From: an uncultured Candidatus Saccharibacteria bacterium
GTDB lineage: Bacteria; Patescibacteriota; Saccharimonadia; CAILAD01; BJGX01
Reading direction: 5' to 3'
NCBI GenBank assembly: GCA_964610335.1
Contig: CAZSVP010000002.1
Location: forward strand, 14,376 to 78,375
DNA length: 64,000 bases
The position numbers and the translations under genes are program-made. The notes under the pieces are model-generated. The model made no database searches, had not been told where the DNA came from, and was given only the letters and a program-made list of their open reading frames with translations. Positions within the stretch are counted from its first letter, which is position 1; each line of letters begins with the position of its first letter. Below, one piece after another: positions 7,928 to 18,365 of the stretch.

Positions 7928-9409
7928 TTATTGTACCTGATATAGCCGCGCCACACTATACCCATCAGCTTCGGTTTTAATTAACTGCCAGTTGCTAGGT
8001 ATGTTGGTAAAGTAACGTTGGTCACCAGTTTTACCGATTACCCAAACACGACCCTTGGGGACAGTTGCCCAATTATCAACATAAATGTTCTTGTCATAAA
8101 TCAGGCTGGATTCACCATAACCATTGGGCTGGCCAAAGCCCGTATACAGTTGTAGATTCTGCTCAGTATGGTTGTAATAGCTACTATCAAAAAACGTATA
8201 CAACTCACCGGCAATCAGTTTGTCACCTGGTATATAATCAGTATTTACCACTGAGAATACCTCTCTCATACGATGGCTAGACTGAGCATAGACATTGCGT
8301 ACACCTAGTAACAATAGTGCCACGGTGCCTACCACTGCCACAGTCTCCCAAGAACGCTTACGATGGAATAACTCGTTGATTGCTACTGCAACCAACCCAT
8401 AGAAGACCGGTGCCAAAAATACGAAGTAGCGCTCATGATATATGGGCTTAAATACCGAAACTGTCATAACCACAACCACTGGCAACACTGTGTAGAGTAC
8501 AAGCAACCGGTATAGGCGCTGCTTGGTAGTATCCTGCAGCCAAACATACACTAACACAGCAGCCGCAGCAATGCCGCCAAACCAGTATACTGCAGACAAG
8601 CTACGACCGTCTGTAAAACTTAGTAATTGCCAAACTAGATCAAATGGCGCACGAATAGTAGTTGCAGCAAGCCAGCCGAGGCCTTGCCCTCGAGTAACTT
8701 GACCCATGGCCGACGGCACCCAAGGTAAAAAACAAACCAAGGCAGCAATATTAGCAAACCACCACCATGGTTGTTCCAAGATAGACTGTGCCGATGGTTG
8801 ATGGCGATGACGCAGCCACTGCCATAGACCAAACAACCAAAAACTTCCTATCACAAGCACGGTAAAGTAATGGGTGTATAGCCCCAACATGATTGCAGCA
8901 AAATACAATATATACCCAAACTGTTTGCGAGGATTATCAATAATTACCACCACCGCATACAACGCCACTATCATCAGTAGAGCTTCTAGCGCGTACATAC
9001 GTGCTTCTTGGCTATATCGCACCAGCATAGGTCCTACTGCTGCAAAAAGCGCTGCAATCAGCGCAGTGTGGTAATTACGCACTTTTTTGAACAAGACATA
9101 AACCATGCCGACCGTAGCCACCCCAATAAATAGGCTCAATGAGCGAATAATAACTTCACTATGCCCAAACAGGCGCATCCATACGCCTAGTAGCTCGTAG
9201 TAAAACGGCGGATGAACATCGCGAGCGGTGCGTTGCCAAATTTCAATTGGGTTAAGACTTGATAGCATTATTGAAAAACCCTCATCGTGCCATATACTAG
9301 CCTTTGTCAAAAAAACTAATCGCACTATGAACGCTAGTAGTAGTATTGCAATCACATATACCCAATGCGGTGCAGGATGGTGCAATAATCTGGATCGTTT
9401 GGGAGACAT
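7928..9409 (-). CDS. GT-C fold membrane glycosyltransferase (PMT/ArnT-like)
   Basis: SIWHDE, DVHPPFYY and YSQEARMY motifs; multiple TM helices. Confidence 0.88.
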   Translation of the reverse strand: MSPKRSRLLHHPAPHWVYVIAILLLAFIVRLVFLTKASIWHDEGFSIMLSSLNPIEIWQRTARDVHPPFYYELLGVWMRLFGHSEVIIRSLSLFIGVATVGMVYVLFKKVRNYHTALIAALFAAVGPMLVRYSQEARMYALEALLMIVALYAVVVIIDNPRKQFGYILYFAAIMLGLYTHYFTVLVIGSFWLFGLWQWLRHRHQPSAQSILEQPWWWFANIAALVCFLPWVPSAMGQVTRGQGLGWLAATTIRAPFDLVWQLLSFTDGRSLSAVYWFGGIAAAAVLVYVWLQDTTKQRLYRLLVLYTVLPVVVVMTVSVFKPIYHERYFVFLAPVFYGLVAVAINELFHRKRSWETVAVVGTVALLLLGVRNVYAQSSHRMREVFSVVNTDYIPGDKLIAGELYTFFDSSYYNHTEQNLQLYTGFGQPNGYGESSLIYDKNIYVDNWATVPKGRVWVIGKTGDQRYFTNIPSNWQLIKTEADGYSVARLYQVQ

Positions 9410-9411
9410 CG

Positions 9412-10173
9412 TTATTTAGCAGCTTTCTTGTACTTACCCCACATCAACCCCCACTTGATCTTGATAATGTCAGGAAATGTTTGAATTGCAGCTTTGAGTG
9501 GTGAGTTGCCGAACTTGCTGCCCGTATCAATATTATGCCAATCTGGTACGTGAATAAGCTCTATGGGATATCCAAGCTGTCGTGCTATGGCAAGCACTTC
9601 CATATCAAATCCCCAGCTATCAATGGTCTGTCGTGAGAAAACCGCGCGCGCTACATCGCTCTCAAAAACTTTAAAACCACATTGAGTGTCAGGGATGCCA
9701 GGCAATATCAGCAACTGTACCACAAAGTTTCCAAAGCCAGAGATAAGCTTGCGGATTCCGCGGTGGCTTTTGTCTAAGTTACGAACACAAATACCAACTG
9801 GACGATTCTGTTGCATTAGTTGTTTTACTGAGTCCAGATACTTAAGCGGTGTTGCCAAATCAGCGTCCATAAACATTATGTAACGACCATGGCCCTGAAG
9901 CATGCCCATCTTGACTTGCTTACCCTTCATAAACTTTTTCTTTGGTCTAGGGCCCGCATCAACTACTTCAAAATGTGAGAACTTATGAGCTGACTGCTTG
10001 GCAACTTCTGCAGTATGGTCAGGACTATGTAGATCTACTATCATCACCTCTACCTCCAACGACAGAGTTTTTAAGTACTCTGATAATTTGTCCAAAGTGT
10101 CGCCAATTTGTTTGGCTTCGTTGTAGGTCGGAATAACGATTGTCAGATCGATTGATTTAGGTTTGGACGGCAT
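9412..10173 (-). CDS. GT2 polyprenol-phosphate glycosyltransferase (DPM1/ALG5-like)
   Basis: VIPTYNE, FMDADLAT, DTQCGFK and GFDMEVL motifs. Confidence 0.9.
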   Translation of the reverse strand: MPSKPKSIDLTIVIPTYNEAKQIGDTLDKLSEYLKTLSLEVEVMIVDLHSPDHTAEVAKQSAHKFSHFEVVDAGPRPKKKFMKGKQVKMGMLQGHGRYIMFMDADLATPLKYLDSVKQLMQQNRPVGICVRNLDKSHRGIRKLISGFGNFVVQLLILPGIPDTQCGFKVFESDVARAVFSRQTIDSWGFDMEVLAIARQLGYPIELIHVPDWHNIDTGSKFGNSPLKAAIQTFPDIIKIKWGLMWGKYKKAAK

Positions 10174-11713
10174 AGAAAAGTATTTTACCACTAAAGCTAC
10201 TAGTTATTGGCACAACCGATGCGTTGGGGAACTTAGCCTTTAAGAGGTCCAATATCTCCTGTGATTGATCGCCTACCGGCACAATTATTAGTTTGGGAGC
10301 ACCACTTATTGGGAGGTCGCGAGCGCCTTCAAATGTTATCAGCTTATATTGGGACCTATTGTGTGTAAGATATTCGACTGGCATCGCACCATAGCCACCA
10401 GCCACTAGATAGCTATCGCCACCGCCTACATGGCTATTTAGGTATTTGGCTATAGCGGTGGTATCTTCGGAGTAAGCAGCATAGGTGTTAGGATCCTGGC
10501 CCCAAGCCCAGAAATAACCTTTTACCCCTTGAACAACAGTAAGGCCAAGTAAAAACAAGATTAACAACAACCCAATAACACGAGCCAAAGTATTGAGTGG
10601 AAAAGTTTGGTACCAGCGCTGCAACATATAGTTAATACCAACACCACTAAGCACAAATACGGGTACGGCTGTACCAATGCTACGCAGTGCATGAGGCATG
10701 CTTTCGGCCGATACAGCTGCTGGTAACATCATGACTGCCAATATAGCAAGTAGTGTACTATAACGCAGTTGTTTGAAGTAATAGCAAGCAAGCAGTACCC
10801 CAATAACAAATGCTATACCAACAAATACATTCAACAGCGGTTGTGAAGGAATATTGTGTCGTGAGTTTTGATCACCAACCAGATTGTATTGAATGATTGT
10901 CTTGTATGTATTAACCGCCAGGGTTTGCATTGGCTTACCCTGGTTGAGGCTGTTATTTAGAAAACTAGTCCCACCAGCTCGCGCCGTGGAGTCCGCCGGG
11001 TTTCTTACAATAGTAACAATCAACGGTAACAACACTACTAAGGTTGTAATAGCTGCAATTGCTACCCTCTTGTAATTTTCACTCCACCATTTACGACGCC
11101 AAATCAGCACAGCTACCAATAACCCTAACAAAGCTACCCAAATTGCACCAAACGCTGTATATGTGTACATACCAAGACCAGCTGATACTCCAGCAGCAAC
11201 AAACCAAGCGACTTTGCCGCTGCGATAAGCCCGGGCAGCAGTATAAAGTATTGTAGCTACAAAGAATGGCACCAAGCTAGCACGAAAACCATCACGAGAT
11301 ATTATAACTATCCATGGATTAACTGCCATTAGTAACGCTGCTAACAAACCAGCTCGGCGGCCAAATAGCTCCTTGGTGAGCAGATAGACCATCACAACCG
11401 CCAATACTCCAAATGTAGCTGGCGCAACACGTAGCGCCAAGATAGTATTGCCAAACAGCATTACACCTATGGCTTGGAGGTAGAAAAACAGTGCTTCTCG
11501 AGGCCCATTGGTACTATATATCACCCGAATATCATGATGTTCAAGTATGCGAAATATGTCCAATCCATTGGCGGCCTCATCAGGATGCAATCCAGGTGGT
11601 AGAACATTGAGCTTATAAAAACGCATCCCAATCGCGAGTACCAAAACCAGCCCCAGACACAGCCAAGGCAGATACGGCTTAATAGTACTATAGAACTTAC
11701 TTTGCTTCTTCAT
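10157..11713 (-). CDS. GT-C fold membrane glycosyltransferase (PMT-like)
   Basis: PPGLHPDEAANG and GPREALFFY motifs; many TM helices. Confidence 0.85.
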   Translation of the reverse strand: MKKQSKFYSTIKPYLPWLCLGLVLVLAIGMRFYKLNVLPPGLHPDEAANGLDIFRILEHHDIRVIYSTNGPREALFFYLQAIGVMLFGNTILALRVAPATFGVLAVVMVYLLTKELFGRRAGLLAALLMAVNPWIVIISRDGFRASLVPFFVATILYTAARAYRSGKVAWFVAAGVSAGLGMYTYTAFGAIWVALLGLLVAVLIWRRKWWSENYKRVAIAAITTLVVLLPLIVTIVRNPADSTARAGGTSFLNNSLNQGKPMQTLAVNTYKTIIQYNLVGDQNSRHNIPSQPLLNVFVGIAFVIGVLLACYYFKQLRYSTLLAILAVMMLPAAVSAESMPHALRSIGTAVPVFVLSGVGINYMLQRWYQTFPLNTLARVIGLLLILFLLGLTVVQGVKGYFWAWGQDPNTYAAYSEDTTAIAKYLNSHVGGGDSYLVAGGYGAMPVEYLTHNRSQYKLITFEGARDLPISGAPKLIIVPVGDQSQEILDLLKAKFPNASVVPITSSFSGKILFYAVQT

Positions 11714-12224
11714 GAGTAAAAACAAATTTCTTATACATCAAGTAATTATACACAAGGACTACCGCAATCGCCGCAAATAGTGCAACATTTCGCTCGTCAA
11801 AATCACGGCTAAGTGGTAAATTTAGGCCGCTCGTGATCTGATAAGCAATTTGTGAAGGCCAAACCCAAACATCTGTTAATAGTTTTAGAATTATCGGTCT
11901 TATTACATATACTCCAAACATAGTGATTACAAAAAAGTAAACAATATGGCGAGTATCAACATGACGAGCTCTAAACGTAAACCTAGCATTGAATATATAG
12001 CTGTTTATCATAGCCAGTGTGCCTGAGATTATACCAGCAACCATCACTCCAGTTATTGTAATAACTGTTCCTGCTATAACAACTTGCCCCAACACTAAGC
12101 TCTTAGGGAGTATGGTAGCTGCCAGAACATTTAGTACAACAATATCAACAATAGTATTGAGCACACCTACAATACCAAATCGTCCGACTTGCAACGCTTC
12201 TGCCTGAGCCTTTGATTTTTTCAC
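11697..12224 (-). CDS. GtrA-family protein (putative lipid-sugar flippase)
   Basis: RFGIVGVLNTIVD, NSYIFNARFTF and YNYLMYKKFVF motifs. Confidence 0.88.
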   Translation of the reverse strand: MKKSKAQAEALQVGRFGIVGVLNTIVDIVVLNVLAATILPKSLVLGQVVIAGTVITITGVMVAGIISGTLAMINSYIFNARFTFRARHVDTRHIVYFFVITMFGVYVIRPIILKLLTDVWVWPSQIAYQITSGLNLPLSRDFDERNVALFAAIAVVLVYNYLMYKKFVFTHEEAK

Positions 12225-12277
12225 CGATCAAAACTCCTTATGTTTATAACTAGTATAACGACTTTGCATGCCGCTGA

Positions 12278-13651
12278 CTAGCCTGTATGAGTGCGATCGA
12301 TAGTGCGAAACAACATCTGATCAGCCTGGAAGAATAGCTCAATCTCGCCTGTTGGGCCGTTGCGATGTTTTCTAACGAGTATATCGGCAACGTTTTTGCG
12401 TTCACTGTCCTTTTCGTAGTAGTCCTCGCGATAAATAAACATAACTACGTCAGCATCTTGTTCGATACTACCTGACTCACGGAGGTCCGAAAGCTGCGGT
12501 ATTTTTGGAGATCTCATTTCTACAGATCGGCTTAACTGGCTCAATGCTATCACTGGTACATTGAGCTCACGTGCAAGCCCTTTGAGTCCGCGCGAAATCT
12601 CAGATATCTCTTGTACACGGTTTTCACCATAGTTCTGTCGACCACTCATCAGTTGAAGGTAGTCTATGACGATTAGGCCTAAATCATGTTCGGATTGCAA
12701 ACGACGAGCCTTAGTACGCATCTCCATTACATTTGCCATGGCTGAATCATCAATATAAAGCGGAGCTTCGGCCAGCGTGCCCATGGCCTTGTTAAGTTTT
12801 TCAAAGTCAGTATCTTCGAGATTACCAGTGCGCAACTTCCAACTATCGATCCCCGCTTCACTGGCAAGCATACGATCAATCAATTGTTCTTTGCTCATTT
12901 CTAAACTAAACACGCCTACCGGGATACCTTCGTTGACTGCCACATGTTGCGCGATGTTCATAGCAAAACTGGTTTTACCCATACTAGGACGGGCGGCCAA
13001 TATCAGCAGGTCAGACTTTTGCAGGCCAGCGAGCAAGTTGTCCAACCCAACAAATCCAGTGGGCACACCACGTAATTGTTTCTTATCCTTATGTAAACTA
13101 TCAAGTCGATCAAAACTCTCTGCCAATACTTCTTTGATGGCTGTAAAGCTCTGTTTATGGTGCTTTTGGCTTACAGCAAACAATGCCTGTTCTGCCTCGT
13201 CTAAGACTTTTTCAAGATCGGCCGCTTCATCAAATGCCATTTGACCAATCTGAGTTGCGGCCGACTGCAAACGACGCAAAGTAGCTTTTTGCGAAACTAT
13301 CTGAGCATATTGAGCTACATGGGTACTGGACGGTACACTATTGACCAACTCTGTCAGAAAACTAGAACCACCAATATCTTTGAGTTGCTTTTTCTCCTCA
13401 AGATAGTTAGATAGAGTAACTACATCAGCCGGCTGACGTTTTTCGTATAACGCCAAGATAGCCTCATAGACCAATCCATGTTTTTCAAAGTAAAAATCTT
13501 CGCTACTCACTACGTCAGCAACTTTGATAATTGAGTCTTTATCAAGCAGCAACGCACCAATCAAACTCTGCTCAGCTTGCGTATTCTGTGGCGGCAGCTT
13601 GGCAAGTTTGGGATCTACCATTTGGTTATTATTTTGTTTGGTCTTGGGCAT
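12278..13651 (-). CDS. dnaB: Replicative DNA helicase
   Basis: PPQNTQAEQSLIG, AARPSMGKT, DYLQLM and LRESGSIEQDAD; start chosen at ATG 13651 (GGAGG SD). Confidence 0.97.
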   Translation of the reverse strand: MPKTKQNNNQMVDPKLAKLPPQNTQAEQSLIGALLLDKDSIIKVADVVSSEDFYFEKHGLVYEAILALYEKRQPADVVTLSNYLEEKKQLKDIGGSSFLTELVNSVPSSTHVAQYAQIVSQKATLRRLQSAATQIGQMAFDEAADLEKVLDEAEQALFAVSQKHHKQSFTAIKEVLAESFDRLDSLHKDKKQLRGVPTGFVGLDNLLAGLQKSDLLILAARPSMGKTSFAMNIAQHVAVNEGIPVGVFSLEMSKEQLIDRMLASEAGIDSWKLRTGNLEDTDFEKLNKAMGTLAEAPLYIDDSAMANVMEMRTKARRLQSEHDLGLIVIDYLQLMSGRQNYGENRVQEISEISRGLKGLARELNVPVIALSQLSRSVEMRSPKIPQLSDLRESGSIEQDADVVMFIYREDYYEKDSERKNVADILVRKHRNGPTGEIELFFQADQMLFRTIDRTHTG

Positions 13652-15068
13652 CGATAACCTCCCCATTAAATATCGCCATAGCGGCACTCACCAACTCCCC
13701 ACTATTTTCTGCATGGTCAACCGGTTGTCCAGCCGGCTCTGGCGCCGATGTAATGGTTGATTTAATGGTAACAGAGTGTTCATACACTTTACTAAAGCAC
13801 TGTTCAATAAGCTGTCGATTACGCGGTTCTTCCATCCGCTCGCGATGAAAACTAAATCGAAATTCTGCCTGTAGCTCGTCGCCAACCATATTAAGTTGGG
13901 CCGATCGCAACACAGCGTAGAGTGAGTTATTGTGCTGTTTGACCAAACTCAATGCCTTTGCTAAAAGTTTGGGATCCTCAGCTTTGATGCTAGGAGTATC
14001 GGCTGTTGGTTTGTCATCTTTTGGTCGTTCTGACACGGCAGAAAACTTGGTGGTCTGCTTCGTCTCTTTCTGTATTATTGGGCTTGATTTGTCAGAATCC
14101 CGAGACTGTGACATTCGAACCAAGGCTAGCTCCAATGGCAAACTTGGGTGAGCGTGTAGTTTGAAGTCTTGCATAGCTTGTTGGAGCTCACTACCAGCCC
14201 GAGCCAAAAACTCCATTGAGTCGGGGTTGATGCCGAGTTGTGAATGCACATACTCGAGCAACTGGCTGGTCATGTCTACCGGCCTAAAACCCTTGTGTAT
14301 TAGCTGGTTTAAGGTTTCAAGTGCTTTAGACAAGTTATTTTGTTCTACCATTGTTAGCAGCTCTGCAATCGACTTGTCGTCAACCCGACCAAAGAATTCA
14401 CCAACCGTAGCAGCAGTTATCTCGTCGTCTAGTACCGACAGCTGGTCAAGCAAACCAATCGCGTCACGAAAACCACCAGCACTCAAGCCCGCTATGGAGC
14501 TTAGAGCATCATCGGTAATGGCTATTTCTTCGGCATCTGCAATTGTTCGTAAGTGTGTCACTAGATCGCTAATTGTTATAGCTCTGAAATCAAACCTTTG
14601 TGTTCTAGAGATAATTGTTTCAGGCAACTTGTGCGCCTCAGTAGTAGCCAGAACAAATACTACGTGCTCAGGTGGCTCTTCGAGGGTTTTGAGCAATGCA
14701 TTGAACGCCTCTCGCGTCAGCATATGTACCTCATCGATAATGTATACCTTGTATCGAAGTTGTGAGCTAGCTGAGCCTATCCCCTCACGCAGTGTACGGA
14801 TCTCGTCGATACCACGATTGCTAGCAGCATCAATTTCGACAATATCCATATAGCGACTCATATCTGTGTCGGTCGGCAACTCATTGATTCGCCGGGCCAG
14901 TATACGAGCCACACTGGTTTTGCCAGTACCACGCGGGCCGCAAAGTAAGTAAGCATGGGCAATACGCCCTTTTTTGATAGCAGCTTCAAGAGTGGTAGTG
15001 ATGTGCGGTTGCCCAACTACATCACTAAGATCCTGGCTACGATATTTGCGATACAATACCTGGCTCAA
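13629..15068 (-). CDS. dnaX: DNA polymerase III subunit gamma/tau
   Basis: LYRKYR, GPRGTGKT, DEVHML and NALLKTLEEPP motifs. Confidence 0.97.
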   Translation of the reverse strand: MSQVLYRKYRSQDLSDVVGQPHITTTLEAAIKKGRIAHAYLLCGPRGTGKTSVARILARRINELPTDTDMSRYMDIVEIDAASNRGIDEIRTLREGIGSASSQLRYKVYIIDEVHMLTREAFNALLKTLEEPPEHVVFVLATTEAHKLPETIISRTQRFDFRAITISDLVTHLRTIADAEEIAITDDALSSIAGLSAGGFRDAIGLLDQLSVLDDEITAATVGEFFGRVDDKSIAELLTMVEQNNLSKALETLNQLIHKGFRPVDMTSQLLEYVHSQLGINPDSMEFLARAGSELQQAMQDFKLHAHPSLPLELALVRMSQSRDSDKSSPIIQKETKQTTKFSAVSERPKDDKPTADTPSIKAEDPKLLAKALSLVKQHNNSLYAVLRSAQLNMVGDELQAEFRFSFHRERMEEPRNRQLIEQCFSKVYEHSVTIKSTITSAPEPAGQPVDHAENSGELVSAAMAIFNGEVIDAQDQTK

Positions 15069-15131
15069 ACTTTTTCCCTCACTTAGTTCGTCTTTATTAT
15101 ATCAGATGATTTCGAGACTAAGGCAACATGA

Positions 15132-15247
15132 GTTTGCTATACACAAAGAAGTTCAAGGCGGGATTGAAGCGTGCAGTGAGACGTAGTAAACCTACGTCGA
15201 GCGAGCCCTGGATATTCCAACGAAGAAATTCAAAGTGTAAAGCAAAC
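15132..15247. repeat. Palindromic intergenic element, copy A
   Basis: Terminal IR GTTTGCTATACAC/GTGTAAAGCAAAC; core shared with 56903-57026. Confidence 0.75.
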
Positions 15248-15254
15248 AGATCGA

Positions 15255-15794
15255 CTAGCGGGTAGTACCTATGACAGCCTCTATAGCAGCCCAAGTAGCT
15301 TCACCGTGTGCTGGCAACACAACAGTCACCTCGTCACCTGGTTGCGCTCGAAAATACGTAACACTTGCATAAAGCACTCGGTACTGTTGTGGACCAATTG
15401 TAGCAACATACTGGCCATTGTCGAGTGCTAGAGTTGCTATTAGCTTCTTGCGCTCTATCGGGCCAATTTGCTTGTATATGAAGCTGCCATCTTCAGCGAT
15501 AGTTAGCTTTAGCGTATCCCCCTCTACAAGCTTGGATTTACTGGCATAGTTGGCAGGCACTGGGTAAACCTTACCATCTGGCCCAATCATATTCTGACCA
15601 TCAAATTTGCCCTCTATAATCTTACCGCCGACTGGGGCAGCTGCTGCAGTCGGACTTACTTTCTTGGGCTCAGGTAGATCCTCGGGTTTTACACCAAGTT
15701 CGTCCAGTTCTTTTTGTACTTTTACTAGATTCTGCTGTGCGGCTGCCAACTGAGCCGACAGTGCTTCAAGTTGTTGTTTGTCTTGTGTTGCCAT
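15255..15794 (-). CDS. Conserved hypothetical protein (CPR-type; coiled-coil N-terminus plus beta-rich domain)
   Basis: IIEGKFDGQNMIGPDGKVYPVPANYASKSKLVEGD, a motif I recognise from CPR hypothetical proteins. Confidence 0.8.
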   Translation of the reverse strand: MATQDKQQLEALSAQLAAAQQNLVKVQKELDELGVKPEDLPEPKKVSPTAAAAPVGGKIIEGKFDGQNMIGPDGKVYPVPANYASKSKLVEGDTLKLTIAEDGSFIYKQIGPIERKKLIATLALDNGQYVATIGPQQYRVLYASVTYFRAQPGDEVTVVLPAHGEATWAAIEAVIGTTR

Positions 15795-15885
15795 TTATTT
15801 TGCTCTTCCAATTACTTGGCTATAGTGTAGCAAAAAAGAGAATAAATGCCAAACAAAGTGCAAAAGCTTTGATACGACACTTACT

Positions 15886-17916
15886 TTAGATAATATCCAC
15901 TACTGTTCGAATGCCAATTCTTTCATCTGCACCATTATTAAAAACCTCAAACTTAGCAGACCTTTCACGAGTACTCCAATAGGCTACTGGCGTTCGGCCG
16001 TCCGATAATTGCGTGCCAGCTAATCGACACATTTTACCTGTTCCACGCCAATTATCAATAACTTGATGATCAGCTTCTAACCTTGTCAGCGCAAGTATCA
16101 ACCACTCCTCAGGAGTAATCATGTTCTCCCATTCATACTCAGTAGTGTTCAAAGCAGACTTATACGAATCTAGCCTCTTTCCTGCCGGTAGCTGAGTGCG
16201 CCCATAAAGTGTACGTGCCGTAGCATCTGTTGGTATATCGACTAGGTCTTCAACCAATACAACACGCCATGGTCGAGCCACGCTTTCACTACGTTTTCCT
16301 ACAAGATGTGGTAGATATTGAAAAGTGAGATCCGCTTCAGTGGAGCCCAAGGCGGTCATGTTTACTCCAACTGGTCCCACCGACATTGGTGAGCCAGCTG
16401 AGTCTTTTAGCACAGCAGGAATCTGTGTCAGTCGATCACTATATTTGGATGCAATTCTTGCAAGTGGCATGCCAAATGGCACGATCAACATCTCAGTAAA
16501 ACCCTGGTTAATCTTGGTCTCAAACTCTGGCAGATTAGCTTCTATAGCTAAGGCAATCTCTTCTTTTGATGGCATTACTACGCGATTACCATTCACATCT
16601 TCAAAATCACGCATTAAACCAATTAGACCACTACTCTTTAGAAGAGCTAGCTGAGCTTCGTAGCTTTTCAGAAAATCAATTTTACGCAGTTGCTCTTGAG
16701 TTTCTGTTGAAACTGGCAACATTGAAATTTCTGGGTCCACTCCACCTATGGGCCGACGGCGTTTGTTGGGATCTGGTGTGTATTGTACTAGACTCAGCAG
16801 ATTCTCAAGTTTGGTACGATCCTCATCACTTTCTACCTTGCCTAAGTAATAATAGCGAAGCGCTCTTTGAGCGGTTTCAGTAATGTCGCCGTTATAGAAG
16901 CGGGCTATAAAATTGGTAAAACGCCGTTGTTCTTCATCATCATTATACTCGAAAGGCTGTGGCTGACCGCTTGCTATGTCGCGTTCCGATAGGAGCTTCT
17001 GAGCAGACTGGTGGAACTCTGTATACCGGCTTAGGATCTCCACAATTCCAGGAATTTCGGCCAACTGTTCGGGGGTAAGTACATCTTCACGACTCTCATG
17101 CTTAACAAGTTTAGGTATATCTAGCTCTGAGCCAATACCAAACCGAGCTTTGAGACGAATATCAAATGTTTCTTGGGGCAAGTTGGAGGGTCCCTTCATA
17201 TACACCCAGCGGCGCAATTGAGCAGGATCGAGCGGCTCTCGCCCAAAGAAACCAGCGCCAGGCGGATTGGTAAGGGCAATAAGTTTGGTTTTTGATTTAT
17301 CCGCCTCAACCATCTCACCGGCATCTTCTGAAAGTGTAACTGTCCCGCCATGCTCCAAGGCATCCAGAACTTCGTGCATACGAATATTCACCTCTGGACG
17401 AGCAGCGTTATATTCGTCAAGAATTATAACTTTGACCTTACCTTCTTCCTGCATAAGGCCTCGCGTGACTGGCCCAGGAACAAATACAAACTCTGGATCA
17501 GACTTAGTTCTTTTGTTTGGGTTTGGCAAATAACGTCCCATCATAGCCTCAGGATCCGAGAGACCATTGAGATTGACATAGTGTACTTCCCAGCCAAGCT
17601 CAGCACACATTTTTTTGATAGTGGTAGACTTACCAACACTTGTGCCAGCTTCTATTAACATCGGATCGCCAGATTGCAGACATACCGCAATATCACGCTG
17701 AAACTCCAGGCTAAACTCACTCTCTATAAAGTGTTCGTCGTATATCTGACGTCTTGGTGTAGCATCGCCAGGGTTGGCTTTGGGGAGTCGGACCCCCAAA
17801 TAGGTAACATCTTCTGCTGTTTCTACTATTGCAGCCTTAGGCGTCTTCAGCTCAGCTTTTTTGGCCCGCAATCGATCACCAAGGCCTACATCTGGTACGG
17901 GCTCAGCCATGAGCAA
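15886..17916 (-). CDS. MoxR/CbbQ/NirQ-like AAA+ ATPase with extra C-terminal domain
   Basis: Walker A GTSVGKS, Walker B IILDE, 'TNPPG..GREPLDPAQLRRW'; about 270 additional C-terminal residues. Confidence 0.85.
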   Translation of the reverse strand: MLMAEPVPDVGLGDRLRAKKAELKTPKAAIVETAEDVTYLGVRLPKANPGDATPRRQIYDEHFIESEFSLEFQRDIAVCLQSGDPMLIEAGTSVGKSTTIKKMCAELGWEVHYVNLNGLSDPEAMMGRYLPNPNKRTKSDPEFVFVPGPVTRGLMQEEGKVKVIILDEYNAARPEVNIRMHEVLDALEHGGTVTLSEDAGEMVEADKSKTKLIALTNPPGAGFFGREPLDPAQLRRWVYMKGPSNLPQETFDIRLKARFGIGSELDIPKLVKHESREDVLTPEQLAEIPGIVEILSRYTEFHQSAQKLLSERDIASGQPQPFEYNDDEEQRRFTNFIARFYNGDITETAQRALRYYYLGKVESDEDRTKLENLLSLVQYTPDPNKRRRPIGGVDPEISMLPVSTETQEQLRKIDFLKSYEAQLALLKSSGLIGLMRDFEDVNGNRVVMPSKEEIALAIEANLPEFETKINQGFTEMLIVPFGMPLARIASKYSDRLTQIPAVLKDSAGSPMSVGPVGVNMTALGSTEADLTFQYLPHLVGKRSESVARPWRVVLVEDLVDIPTDATARTLYGRTQLPAGKRLDSYKSALNTTEYEWENMITPEEWLILALTRLEADHQVIDNWRGTGKMCRLAGTQLSDGRTPVAYWSTRERSAKFEVFNNGADERIGIRTVVDII

Positions 17917-18343
17917 GCTCCTTTACTCCCAATCTAATTGTCATGCCTAGCTTGCTAAGCCAATCGTATTCACTCTGCCAGGTGTTGAGCTGATCAGTTG
18001 TAAGTATCATGATTAATCTATGTTCGCTCAGATCACGGGTGGTTTGTCTGGTTTGTAGTGTAAGCTGGTCCACCAACTCGATACTACCAGTCTGGTACTG
18101 GCATACGAAGTCGTAGAGCTGTTTGCGATCATTTTGCTCAAGTATACTTGGCTCTATAGTAATACGACGATGTACATCAAGCGTGTGCCAAAGTGATCCT
18201 ATCGAGCGAACTGTAGCAAAACGCTGGGTAGCTAGATAGCCAATAACTTCAAGGCGCTGGGCCTCAGTGCCACACACTATCAAACCTACCTCGGTACTAC
18301 CGCCCAAATATTCTACAAACTGGTCAACTTCTGGGATTTGCAT
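17903..18343 (-). CDS. Hypothetical protein between the vWA and ATPase genes
   Basis: Overlaps the ATPase start; operon spacing. Confidence 0.75.
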   Translation of the reverse strand: MQIPEVDQFVEYLGGSTEVGLIVCGTEAQRLEVIGYLATQRFATVRSIGSLWHTLDVHRRITIEPSILEQNDRKQLYDFVCQYQTGSIELVDQLTLQTRQTTRDLSEHRLIMILTTDQLNTWQSEYDWLSKLGMTIRLGVKELAHG

Positions 18344-18365
18344 AAGAATTATTGCTCATTATACC

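Noticed and set aside
15132-15247. SRP RNA (often upstream of dnaX) or 6S RNA
   Set aside because: No SRP domain IV motif (CAGG..GGAA..AGCAG) on either strand, and a second diverged copy exists elsewhere in the window.
15886-16700. DGR target (lectin-like C-terminus)
   Set aside because: No reverse transcriptase or template repeat seen in the window.
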